From contig CAVUZH010000024.1 in NCBI GenBank assembly GCA_963745835.1, forward strand, positions 320,001 through 384,000: a DNA stretch of 64,000 nucleotides. The letters are read 5' to 3'. How positions within the stretch are numbered: the first letter of the stretch is position 1; each line of letters begins with the position of its first letter. The translations under genes were made by a program, and so were the position numbers. The stretch comes from an uncultured delta proteobacterium. GTDB taxonomy: Bacteria > Desulfobacterota > Binatia > UBA9968. Below, piece after piece: positions 10,081 to 20,458 of the stretch. The notes under the pieces are model-generated. The model did no database searches. It was not told where the DNA came from and saw only the letters and a list, made by a program, of their open reading frames with translations.

Positions 10081-10256
10081 GAGATCGCTCTATCCCGTCG
10101 GCCGTCAATATGCCTCTCCTGGCGCGGAACCGGACGCATTGACCGGCGAAGTGTCGTCGGTTCTTCGCCTGATACCGATATTGAAGAAACATTCACGCTG
10201 ACGTGGTGAATTCATAAAATTTGGCAAAACGATACTTCTTGTCGGTTGCTCGATGG

Positions 10257-10874
10257 CTAAATCGTCTGAGAACCACTCACGAAGAATTCAATCACCACCG
10301 ATCGGTTATTCGCCCTTGTCGCAACGGTCGAATTTTCCGTCAAATAGGTTTGAGGCGGCGCGGCGATTACCGCCATGACACGCGACCGTGCGCTTTTTCC
10401 GAGCAGTCGAAAAACGTTTTGGGCTCTGCCTCTGCGCAAAAACAAGTTCCGGCGTTCAACATCCACGCAATCGCTGTAGCCGACAATGCGGAAAAATAAT
10501 GACTTGTCGGTTTCAAATCGATTCAGGTGATCTCTTAAAAGCTGTTCATTTCTCGCGGCCAGCTTGACGTGCCGCCAATCCACACCGAAATCACGGATTA
10601 CCAAATATCGGCACGAGACCACGACGTTTGGCAGCACCTGTCCCGGTTGTACCAAAACGACGTCCGGCGTCAGATGTCCCGCCGCAGTGCGTGAGATGGC
10701 AATCTCTTGCGCCTCATATGAAAAACAAGTGCTGCTTTTAATCTTGCCAAGTTCAGGACACCAGTGTTTTGGCACCAGCGGGTTTGTCGGCATCCGGGCG
10801 GGCGGTGTTCCTGGGACTACGGGCTGCGGCAAAGGGCCGCGAGGCTGTCCGAGACCGTTTAAATGGATATACAT
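10257..10874 (-). CDS. OmpA-like peptidoglycan-binding domain protein with MYIHLNGLGQ leader
   Basis: IVGYSD...N..LRRGRA..V...RANNRSV; no signal peptide. Confidence 0.75.
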   Translation of the reverse strand: MYIHLNGLGQPRGPLPQPVVPGTPPARMPTNPLVPKHWCPELGKIKSSTCFSYEAQEIAISRTAAGHLTPDVVLVQPGQVLPNVVVSCRYLVIRDFGVDWRHVKLAARNEQLLRDHLNRFETDKSLFFRIVGYSDCVDVERRNLFLRRGRAQNVFRLLGKSARSRVMAVIAAPPQTYLTENSTVATRANNRSVVIEFFVSGSQTI

Positions 10875-10997
10875 GAATTCGCTTCTCCTTTATCGCATCC
10901 CTTGTAACCTCGAAGTCGTTTGGCTCGGCTCCGACTCCGTTTGTTCGGAGTTAATTTTGTCTCACTAGCCAATTTCCAGTTCAAAGATGGGCCTCGC

Positions 10998-12236
10998 TTA
11001 GAACGGGAAATCGAGCGAGCGCTCGGCGGCAGCGTAGCTGCGGCGACGGCTCTCGTGCCCTGCTGCCCCTCCAGCGTGGTGATCGAGGAAACGATGTTCG
11101 TTTTGTCGGCCGTTGAAAATGTTACTGCGTCTTTTCCGAACAGCCGCGCGCTGTCGCTGCCAAGCCCGTCGGCTGCATGAACCGGGTTGCGGACATACAG
11201 GTGCCGTACCTCGTGAGCCATTGCGCGACCCAGCGCGATTCCACCAGTTCCTTTTGCTGGGCCGTCCACATAGCCTTGTCCTTGGGAATGTTGTTCTTCT
11301 TGGTGCTGCGGCCGTCGCGATAATCCCGCCGGGATGTATTCCTTGTTAAGGTAATCAATCAGTTCGTTCACCCTGACCGCGCTCGCCATCAGCGGCGCTG
11401 CGACCTGCGTTCCGCCGGCCACTGGCGTCACAAACTTGTTCATCGACGCGATTCCGTACCTCTCAGGATTCAGGCGCGTCGGTCGGGGGCGGGAATTCTG
11501 AACGGTTGCCCAAGGCGTCGATGGCCCGGTTGAGGTTGTTTACTTGCTGCCTGAGCGCCCAATAAACATGAATGTTCGGAGGAGTATTGGGATCGGTTAC
11601 GCTAACAACTGCATCGGAAAAATTGAACGCGTCGGGAAAGCGGCGGGGCTCGGCAAAGATCACAGTCATCGGCGCGTTGCCGTTGACGAACGCGAATTGG
11701 CCGGCTATCTCTTCGCCGGCGCGGGTCCGCGTCTCCGGAGGCAAGCTTCTGAAAGCTCATTGTCGACGACGAAAATAGTGCGACTGTTGACCGCGCCGCG
11801 TGCAAGCTGAACCGCCAGCCAGGGTGAACGATATTTGTGCAGATGTCTCGAATTCTTGTGAGAAGCTTTTGTTGTTTGTCCTTGGGCTGCTGCTTGAAAC
11901 GGCCCAGAACGTCGGGATGGCGGGCGAAAAAGATTAGTTGACCGATTTTACGTTCGGTGGAGCTGTTATGCAGCGCAGGCCTGACGTCGGCCTTCAGGAT
12001 CCGGCTCCACTCGGCCGTCTCTTTGGTGTTCGGTTTCGGTGGTCGACCCTTTAAATTCGGATGGCGGGCCCAAAAGACGAGGTTCGTGAGGCTGGCGGCG
12101 AGCTTGGCTATAGTGATGGGCCCGCTTTGAGGGGAGACGTCAGCTAATGGCGTGTACCTTCGGAACTCATTGATGGGAGCATCGTAAGAGTATGACGTCG
12201 GGATTCGCCCAAACCTTCGTGCGTTCGGATATACAT
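10998..12236 (-). CDS. HExxH metallopeptidase-like protein with MYIRTHEGLGE leader and two LxFxARHP repeats (several frameshifts)
   Basis: GGAGG RBS and ATG at 12236; manual translation gives LTNLVFWARHP and GQLIFFARHP; AHEVRH.....HAADGL near the C-terminus. Confidence 0.6.
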
Positions 12237-12251
12237 TTTATCCTCCGCAGT

Positions 12252-13598
12252 TTACGGGTTGTTTGCCCTGACCAGCTGGTCCACGTCTTTGACGAAACTG
12301 TTTAGGAACAACTTCGTCTTCGATTCAGGTTCACCTTTCCGCAACACCAAGACCGCCAGCGTATAACGACGGTTACCGGATGCGGACTCGAGCAGCGTCG
12401 CCACTGATGCATGACGTCCGAGGTGAGTCCGCACTTGGTAGCGCGAACCTTGATGTCTGGCAATGGGAAAAGGATCGAGGGGGAAGATGCAGCCTTGCTT
12501 GAGCAATGCTTCCATCGCCAGGGAGGCCGACTCGTTGACGAGTCGGCGTTGCGCCAACAGCGTGAACAACGTAACCACCGAAAGCGCTGTCAGACTCGAA
12601 CTCCGTGTCGTCCGTCGGATCCTGATACCACAATATTCGTTCTCTCTCTCCTTCGGGCGTCTTGTAGCGTGTTCTGTAGTTGCATTTGGAGTTGGTCGTC
12701 GCCAGGATCTTCGCTTGCTGGTAGGTGTTCCTCACCCATAAAGCCTCGGACCCGCGAGTGGCGCAGACCCGACTGCCACAACACTCATGCGATGTACTGG
12801 AAGCCGAGACGCATGATGAGCTGATTGGCTTGCCCCACGCTGCTATTGGAGAAGGCTGCGATCACCATCTGTTTCAGATGTAAATCGAGGGACCGGCTGG
12901 CCTTCGCTTTAACGGTCGGCCCGCTCGAGTCGAACTCCACGAGCCAGTCCAGGTCAGGTGGGCAGATTAGCTGGGACCAAACTTCGTCGGCCTTCTTCTT
13001 CAGCTCGGCGGCGGTCTTGAGGCCTCCGCTACGACCCATCTCGTTGAGGTCGAAAAGAAGCTGGTGCGCAGCATACAGAATCGCGATTTTCACAGTGCTC
13101 CCGCCGGTGATGGGGAACGTCGAGCCCCAATCGGCATACCCAGGCTTGCAGATTTTGGCGCCGGTCAAGTCAACCACCGCCACTCTCAGCCTGTCACCGG
13201 GGCTCGCATCACGTTTGTGTTTACTCTGGTCGGCCAGCATGATCGCGTATTTGGTAAGGACCAAACTCTGTAGCTTCGCATGGAGCACGGTGTCGAATTC
13301 GTGAAAACCGTCGCTCGCCCTGAAGAAGCCGGGGTCCATCGCCGCGCGCATCATGGTTCTTGGAGCCGCGACGCTGGTGCAACACTTTGCCGTCGGCGCA
13401 GGCGCGGGGCACGTGCTGGTGCGGGACACATTTGAGCGCCGAAAGGCACGCGAGATCCGGCGCGGCTTGACCTAACACATACTCTCCGGTTCCATCGATC
13501 GACTGAGGGTCGCGATAGACCTTGGAAGGCCGCAAAAGAATGGGAGTTTCGCTATGAAGACCTTGCGCTCTGGATGGTTCGCGATCGTAGATATACAT
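12252..13598 (-). CDS. serine beta-lactamase/PBP-like hydrolase with MYIY...VLGQ leader (several frameshifts)
   Basis: STVK (SxxK), ANQLIMRLG helix, and a KCG (KTG-like) motif in a shifted frame near 12430. Confidence 0.65.
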
Positions 13599-13687
13599 GA
13601 GTTTAGATGCTCCCACTTAGTCGACGTTCGTTCGGTTGATAATCGTCGACCAGAGCATCACCGGTTGGTCTTGCACTCACTCTTTCT

Positions 13688-14542
13688 TCATTGAAGTTTT
13701 GCTTTGCACGCGGCAACGCTCGCAGGATCGGCAGCCGCAGCTCCGCCACAGGCGAAGACTTCGTAGCAGTGGGCACTATTTCTTTTCCGCTCTTTTTGGT
13801 CGTGCTGAAACCAGGAGCAAGTCAGGCCAAAACATAAGTGAAACATCTCATGAAGGATCGTGCCCTCCTGCCAGAGGGTTTTCAGTTGCCAGAAGGGTGG
13901 ACACAGCCATACCTCGTTCTTGCACAAAAAGGCCATGGCCACATTGTCAACAACGATGGTTTCGGTAGGGTGGCAAGATCGAGATGGAGGCGAAGGTACG
14001 GGTACGAGATCAGGCCCTGGCACGCCGGGGCGCTCAACTATTTGAAAATTGCCCAGGCCATCCAGACTGCGAACGGCGCCGCCATTGCTACAGCCGCCTA
14101 CGCTCTTCATGGTTTGACAGCGATCGACGTTGACACATCGATAGATCGTGTCACTCGTTTCCAACTCGTTTGCGACAGCGCGGAAACGGCCGGCTACAAG
14201 GGCGCCCGCAGCTATTGTGCGGCCGGGGCGGCCAGGCACTTCCCACAGATCGCTCGGAGCTTGACCGAAAACCTGGCCGAACACCGTGACCACGACCGGA
14301 CTCAGGTGTCTGGTCTGAAGCAGGGCCGCAGCTTTTTTGGCAAGATTGATTGCGCCGAGCACCCTATCGCACAGAGCTTTTCGCTGCTTGCACGAGCTGG
14401 AAGGGGAAGGACAGTCGGGGCTGCAAACGAATTTCAAGGGTGGACAAGCCTGCGTTCTGGCTTCGCTAACCCCCCCGATCACGCCCGGCCCATCATAAAC
14501 AAGGCCGCCATGCGGCGCGTCGCCGATCATCTGGTAAGCCAT
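13688..14542 (-). CDS. M35-like (deuterolysin/lysine-specific) metalloendopeptidase, Cys-rich
   Basis: VWLCPPFW...GTILHEMFH...NSAHCY. Confidence 0.7.
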   Translation of the reverse strand: MAYQMIGDAPHGGLVYDGPGVIGGVSEARTQACPPLKFVCSPDCPSPSSSCKQRKALCDRVLGAINLAKKAAALLQTRHLSPVVVTVFGQVFGQAPSDLWEVPGRPGRTIAAGALVAGRFRAVANELETSDTIYRCVNVDRCQTMKSVGGCSNGGAVRSLDGLGNFQIVERPGVPGPDLVPVPSPPSRSCHPTETIVVDNVAMAFLCKNEVWLCPPFWQLKTLWQEGTILHEMFHLCFGLTCSWFQHDQKERKRNSAHCYEVFACGGAAAADPASVAACKAKLQ

Positions 14543-14613
14543 GGCTGCCTCCTATTTGTTTGGACTGTTCTCATGATGCTGCGCCATGACAGCTTCTCGG
14601 CTTGCGGCAACTC

Positions 14614-15531
14614 TCACTTACTCCGCACAGCAGGCCGGCCTTTGGGCCGGACAGCGTTCTCGGGCCGGAAGCTGGTTCTCACGACCCGAATAGCTCCAGT
14701 GGCGGCAGCACCGAGTCCGGCCGTTCGCGGCTGTCCCGCAACGGCCACCGGACCGCAACGGTTTGTCACGGCGCATCTTGCTTCGAAGCCTGGGTCTAGC
14801 GGACTGTCGTTCGTCGCCGCGACGAATTGTGCCAGGCATTCCGCTACGCCAATGGTTGAGCCTCTCGCATCAACAGTGCAGTGATACAAGTGTGACGCCT
14901 CATGAATAATTGTCTGTGCCTGAAACTCCGCGTGGATCTTCGGATCGACGGTGGCTATCCAAAAGTTTCTGCAAAGACGGATGATGGTGGGCTCGGTGCG
15001 ACGGCAGGTAGGATCTATGAGAACGTACGCCCAGTCGCCACTAGCGCACTGGGGACCGTGACAAACATACAGGATCGCATTACTCGCAATCAGATTTCTA
15101 ACTCGCGTCAATCTGCGGATTACTTCCGCTACCGACCTATTCACGAGCGTACCCGCAGTCCAAACCCCGATATCATCAACGCATACGCCCAACCGATTCC
15201 TCAGCCACTCCAAGATAACGTCGCCTAGCAGAGGCCACGCCGGCGTTTGCCCGGCGCAGACGGCGTTCCTCGCATTCACCAGTTCGCCGATCGTATTGTC
15301 CAGCATCTCAATAGCTCTGGCGACAGCGGCGGCAATGACTTTACCTGGATCGCTGATACCAAAAGGGCTGCGTTTGGCGCAGGTTCCGAACAGCTTCTTT
15401 GTGGTGAACGGGGTAACGGTCTCGAGTGGGGGAATGCGAACCTTGTTGTCGCACGTCCGCGGTGTAAGCGGCGGCTCACCGTAACGCGCACCGGTCAGGG
15501 AACGTGGATATACCATTGATTCATGCCTCAC
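14614..15531 (-). CDS. M35-like metalloendopeptidase, Cys-rich
   Basis: IRLCRNFW...QTIIHEASH; paralogous layout to 13688-14542. Confidence 0.7.
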   Translation of the reverse strand: MRHESMVYPRSLTGARYGEPPLTPRTCDNKVRIPPLETVTPFTTKKLFGTCAKRSPFGISDPGKVIAAAVARAIEMLDNTIGELVNARNAVCAGQTPAWPLLGDVILEWLRNRLGVCVDDIGVWTAGTLVNRSVAEVIRRLTRVRNLIASNAILYVCHGPQCASGDWAYVLIDPTCRRTEPTIIRLCRNFWIATVDPKIHAEFQAQTIIHEASHLYHCTVDARGSTIGVAECLAQFVAATNDSPLDPGFEARCAVTNRCGPVAVAGQPRTAGLGAAATGAIRVVRTSFRPENAVRPKGRPAVRSK

Positions 15532-15675
15532 TTTCGATCGCGGAGTTCAGCAGCCTTGAGCTGAACATCATTTCCTCTGGCTTTAGCGGGATCACCATGC
15601 GATCGCATGCGGATAAAAACTGCCGGCTACCCACTTCCACTGGGATTTCGCGTCACCGACATGGAATACCACCCT

Positions 15676-16647
15676 TCATCTGATCGGTGTTTTCGCTGCG
15701 GCGCGAACCGCGCCCCGAATTGCATCTTTGGCTTCGCTGCCGAGATCAGTTTCATCCAGCGCCCGAGTCAACAGACTCTCGGCTCCCCTTTCGAGGGCAG
15801 CATGAGCGGCATTTCGAATTGGGCCGCGGAGCGATGGCGGCACGCCTATCCTGGTCATGGTTGAATTCAAGTTGTCATCAACTTTTTTCCAAAACATTTC
15901 GCTGAAGGACCGTCGCTGCGGGGAGGGCGGCAGAGTTCGTAATATGCGTTCGATCCGTTGTGCCGCCGTTTCCGGCTCTGTCGGTGCAATTCGGCGCGCC
16001 GCTTCGGCGGGCGAGGGAACGCGCACGAGCGCCGGCACCGGCATCGGCGTTGGACCCACCCAGAGATAAATCTCCACCTTGGCGGAGTCCGAAACCCCGC
16101 GGTCTTCGATGATCCAGCGCAGGCGCGTCGCGAGTCCCGGCCGCACCGTATTGAGCGCGCCGAGCAGTGCGTCACGCACCGCGACCGCGCGGCTTTGGCC
16201 GAGATCGGGCTGCGACTCGCGGGCATCGATGTAGCCGGTGATTCGAACGGAAGTCACAGGCGACTCGCCGGTCCAACTGCGCGCGATGAATTCCGCAGCG
16301 CGCCTGATGCTTTCGAGCTGAGACGCGCGGAGACTCGCGCCTCCGGGCGGGAAGCCGGTCATCGTCGCGAAAGCGGGCATGCGAAGCTGCAAGCCGCCGG
16401 TGAGAGGACCCCTAGGCCGTGGCAACGCTTCGCCAAAACGGCCCCAACCGCTCAGGGCCGGCGCCACAGGTCGAACGCGCACCAGTGGAGTTGGCGGCGT
16501 GGCTTCTGTTTCTTCACGCTCGTAGCGTTCGCCTAGACCGGATGTGTTGTTGCGCGCAGTTTTCCGACAGCCGCGGCAGCCACACCCCGAACCGCAGCCA
16601 AATGATCCGAGCGCTGAATCCGCTTCAGGAATACGAACGTAAGCCAT
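15676..16647 (-). CDS. OmpA-like domain protein with a Cys-cluster/GLGE leader
   Basis: F..G.ASL...VRITGYID...LGQSRA.AV; N-terminus MAYVR...LGSFGCGSGCGCRGC...SGLGE. Confidence 0.65.
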   Translation of the reverse strand: MAYVRIPEADSALGSFGCGSGCGCRGCRKTARNNTSGLGERYEREETEATPPTPLVRVRPVAPALSGWGRFGEALPRPRGPLTGGLQLRMPAFATMTGFPPGGASLRASQLESIRRAAEFIARSWTGESPVTSVRITGYIDARESQPDLGQSRAVAVRDALLGALNTVRPGLATRLRWIIEDRGVSDSAKVEIYLWVGPTPMPVPALVRVPSPAEAARRIAPTEPETAAQRIERILRTLPPSPQRRSFSEMFWKKVDDNLNSTMTRIGVPPSLRGPIRNAAHAALERGAESLLTRALDETDLGSEAKDAIRGAVRAAAKTPIR

Positions 16648-16680
16648 TGCATCGCACCTGGAAGCTATCCGTCTCAACTG

Positions 16681-17139
16681 TTAATTTTTGCCGCCTTTCG
16701 CGGAGACGCCGGAATTCGGTTCCAGCTCCTTCAGTTCGCGCAAAAGGTTTTCAATCCGCGCATTAAAATATCCCTTGTCTTTCTGCTGCGCATCGCGCTT
16801 CTCGCTCAGCTGCCGGACCTTCTCTTTGATGAAAAACGCCACGGCATCGGCGCTGCTTTTCTTATATCGGCCCAGTTGTTTATCGAGAGCACCGGAGAAA
16901 AACTCGGCCGCGGTGATTCTCTCGTTGAGTCGTTCTTCGGACTCTCTCGCTTCGCGGTGCCTTCGCACCAGACCGTCGAGGCTGAGTTCCCGCATCGCCG
17001 TCTCGTCAGCAAGCGCCTGCACCCATTCTCCTTGAATCGATGTGCGGTGATTTTTTAAGTCTTGAATGGCGCTCGTGGTCCTCTCGCGAGCCTCTACCAA
17101 GTTGCGGATTTTGGCCGTCAACTCGGAGGGGACGCCCAT
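16681..17139 (-). CDS. predicted coiled-coil protein
   Basis: E/K/R/L-rich heptad-like helical sequence, co-oriented with the cluster. Confidence 0.6.
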   Translation of the reverse strand: MGVPSELTAKIRNLVEARERTTSAIQDLKNHRTSIQGEWVQALADETAMRELSLDGLVRRHREARESEERLNERITAAEFFSGALDKQLGRYKKSSADAVAFFIKEKVRQLSEKRDAQQKDKGYFNARIENLLRELKELEPNSGVSAKGGKN

Positions 17140-17208
17140 CGGAGTTTCGCCGGGGTTTGGAAGCAATTTCCCGTCTTACTCGAACATGCGTGCGTGCCCT
17201 GGCCATAA

Positions 17209-18598
17209 TCAAAGTCCCTTGCGGCGCCAAAAGATTTCCCATTCGAGCAACATCGCATTCGAGTCATAGCCGGCGGACTCCAGCGTTTCGAGCGCCCAGC
17301 GGCGGATCTTCGGATGCGAGAGCGCGCCCTTCGGCGGTATCACGCCCCAGAGTTGATCGTCGAAATTTTTTCCACGCAGGGTCTGTTGCCAATGGCGCAA
17401 TTGATTGCGCTTCGCGAAAACAAATGCTCAGGCCCCGAACAATGGAGGCCAGAGCGCCACCAAAAATCGATCCGGCATGCATTTCGTAGAGCGCTTCTTC
17501 GCGCGTAAGCTTGAATTCCCAAGGCTTAATGAAACGTTCCGGGATCGAGTATTTCCGCTGCTGCGGTTCCTCTGCAGCTTGACCGGACGGCGCTGATCTA
17601 GCGGCATTTGCCTGCGCCTTCTCTGCACCACCCGCTAGCCGCGCGTCGGCCGTGGGATCTTGCGCGACCCGCAAGCGAAAGACCCGCTCATATGGAAAGA
17701 TCATTCCAGGCGGCCGTTGATACTGGGGAACGACGGCATGGCGTGGCCTGGGTAGCCCCTGAAGACCCAGCACGCGCGATACCGACTCGGTAACGAACTG
17801 GATCTGGTTCGGGAACGCATCGCAGCCTAGTTCGGCAGCGAGAGCCGTGAGCGGTTGCGCTGTGGTAGCTTCGTAGAGCTGGAGATAGCACGGGAGCCGA
17901 TGAGCGTCGCGCAGGCGCTCAGCATGCGCCAACTGCGGCGTCAGCATCGCTCTAAAATCGCCGAGCTGCACGAGCCGTTTTTGGCCGGGTTCGGCAAAGA
18001 GGTGTCTGTACGGCCCCGCTTCGTCGTTGGTTGCCGCCGGATTCTCCAACGCTGGGCTTCCGGATGCTCTTGAGTTGCGCTGCGGCTCGAGCTTTTCATC
18101 TCGTCGTTTCACCGTGCTGTAACTGTCCTTAGCGTCGTCGGCTGTCGCTGAAGGCTCGGCGGGAAGCTCGACAGCATCGTCGCGGTTCAGACCGGCTGTC
18201 GCGATTTCCAGGATCTCACCGCGAGTTCCGGAAAATACCTGTTGCAGCGGACGAATCGTGCCAGCGCTATGTTCGTACAGCCGTCCCTGCTGATCGCGCA
18301 GAATTTCACCCTGCACGATCCGGGCGTGCATCGCTGCGGGCGGCGCTCCGGTTAACGCACGAGGCAAACTAGGCAGCGTCCGGTGAGACTTTTCCGCCGG
18401 CGCATTCGGGATCTCCCATGACTGCGATTCATGCTCAGGCACCAAAGTGATCCGTGTCCTCTGCAGCGGCGTACCCTGATAAACGATCGACGGCATGAGC
18501 TCGCCCTTTAGGGCGACCAGTACTACCCGGCCGCCGAATTCCACCCCGGCATGGCGCGACCTGCCATAAAAATTTGTAGTGCCGAAAGGATGGGTCAT
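17209..18598 (-). CDS. hypothetical protein (frameshift near 17410)
   Basis: AGGAGG RBS at the start; the C-terminus continues in ORF 17209-17400 (...LLEWEIFWRRKGL). Confidence 0.6.
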
Positions 18599-18698
18599 GG
18601 GAATTCCTCCTTGCCGGACTCATGCGCTAGTAGCAGCGCAGCCCAGCTCAAGACTTTTCAGATTGAAACTGCTCGAACCGCTCGAACGCTTGTTGCAC

Positions 18699-19236
18699 CT
18701 ACTTGGCCACATGAATGTGATCGCGATGGGCGTGCAGCAATGCATCGCTGATGAAGATCCATGGCCCCTCGCTCCGCGTCCATGGACCGAAGAGCTGGAT
18801 CGGATAACCGTACGGCTGCGCCCAGCGCCCATGGAGTTGGAGCGCTTTGTAAAGGCGCCAGCCGAGATTTCTGCGCCGCTCTTCGCGTTCGATGCCGTGC
18901 CTCGCCTCAAGATCGTCAGCTTGAGCACTGCGTCGCCATCGCATCGGTCCAACGTTTTTTCCAGATACTGAGCCCGAACCCGCCCACGGCGTAGATGTCG
19001 GCCGCGCGGCCAACCTTGTGATGACCGACGATGCCCGGCTTAAAGAAAATGCCCACGGGACGAGCGGTGCTGTAGCCCGCCTCGCGCGAAAACCGCTCCA
19101 GTGCTCGGCACAGTTCAGCCGCAAGCTCGGGCGTAACGAGAGCGTTTGTCGGAGGCGAATCGACGCGATAGCCGATTCCCGAAGGGACCGCCACTCGTTG
19201 GAAGCTCGATCTTGAAACAATGTCATACAACATCAA
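18699..19236 (-). CDS. M15/LAS-type Zn peptidase (putative peptidoglycan peptidase; frameshift near 18925)
   Basis: GHHKVGRAADI (H-x6-D) and HRDHIHV (H-x-H). Confidence 0.65.
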
Positions 19237-19696
19237 CCGTAAACAGGGTTGTACCAGTAGCGGCCCATCAGTCTGCCGCCCACCTGCTTCACGTCCGCAG
19301 CGCTGTCGTTTAAACGACGCACGACGAACTCGAGCGTGGCACTCTCGTCTAGTCGAAGCGAGACTTCGAAGCTGCCGTTACCCCATGGATTAACGATGTG
19401 CTCGAAGCTTGACATAGGGATACAAAGGTCTCTTGTTCACCATAATCAGCCACTGCAATCCTGGCGTCGCGACTTGCGAGGGATCTTTGGCGTGCGCATC
19501 GGTAAACTGCGCAAAGAAGCGGAGCACGCCGCAATATTGCGGCGGCAGCTCGAAACGCGCCAGGACAACTTGCTGACCCACCCGAGGAGCATCCTCTATT
19601 TTTGACTCATCGAAATGCTGCGAGTCTAGCGGTATGCCGCAGATCGGGCAGTCGGCCGCTCGAACGACCGTCGACTGTTTACTTGCGCGCTCTCAT
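19233..19696 (-). CDS. small beta-rich protein, putative minor capsid/vertex protein (frameshifts)
   Basis: Joined frames read CPICGIPLDSQHFDES...VLARFELPPQYCGVLRFFAQ...VGGRLMGRYWY; ATGA-coupled to the upstream gene. Confidence 0.45.
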
Positions 19697-20458
19697 CGTC
19701 GTCTCCCGAGACGCTGTACTCTGCCGGTTGGCGTGCCGCTTTCCCCAAGGACCTTATAGCCGTGCAGAGCGACGTGCAGCTCGCCTTGGAAATCCGAGAC
19801 CTCGCGCACCTCCAGGCGTATGGTTGACTGCGGCGCAAAAACAATCGGCTTGGCGAAATATCGAAAGGGCCGGTCGCCATTGGAGATGCCCAAGCCCGCC
19901 GTGCTGAGAATCGGTTCGCTCTGAAATTCGCGGCCAGAGCCTTCGTCAAACAGCGAGTACAAGAACTGGATGTTTTCCGGCGGGGCCGCAACTACCTGAA
20001 AGAGATTTTCCAGGACGCTCGGATCCAACGGAATATTGCCGCCGTTCTGCAGCGCGAGTTCCACAATATCTGGATTAAGTTTGAAACCGTTTTTGAGCAC
20101 CGCTTCCGCTCCGGTCTCGCGCTTGAGTAGCCGGGACGTCTCGGGCAGCTTGGCATCGAGGCCGTCGAGCAGCGGACCGATCACATCGTGCAAGCTGAAT
20201 CGTTGGCCGGCGTCGTGACAAGGATGATCGGCGCCGAAAGCTTGGGACCGAAAGTCAGCGCGGCGACCTTCGGCACCAGTCCGTAACCGATGGAAACGGC
20301 AACGAAGGTCGCTTCGATACTTACGGTGACGGTACGATTAAGAACGTTGTCGCGCCTGCCGGTCAGATCGTAGCGGAAGGCGTATTCGAACGGCACCGTG
20401 CGCCGCGACGTCAAGGCTCGGTCTTCGGCAAATCCCGACGTGACTGAGCCGGCGTCAT
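19693..20458 (-). CDS. putative single-jelly-roll capsid-like protein, family 2, one domain (frameshifts)
   Basis: VPFEY...IGYGL...FLYSLFDEGSGREFQSEP...GLGISNGDRPF...LHGYKVLG; paralog of both halves of 20455-21810. Confidence 0.55.

Noticed and set aside
13838-14884. Long + strand ORFs in the cluster (e.g. 13838-14884, 23014-23682, 24233-24859) and 632-1441 on the - strand
   Set aside because: They are antisense shadows of motif-bearing genes in GC-rich DNA, with no recognisable domains.
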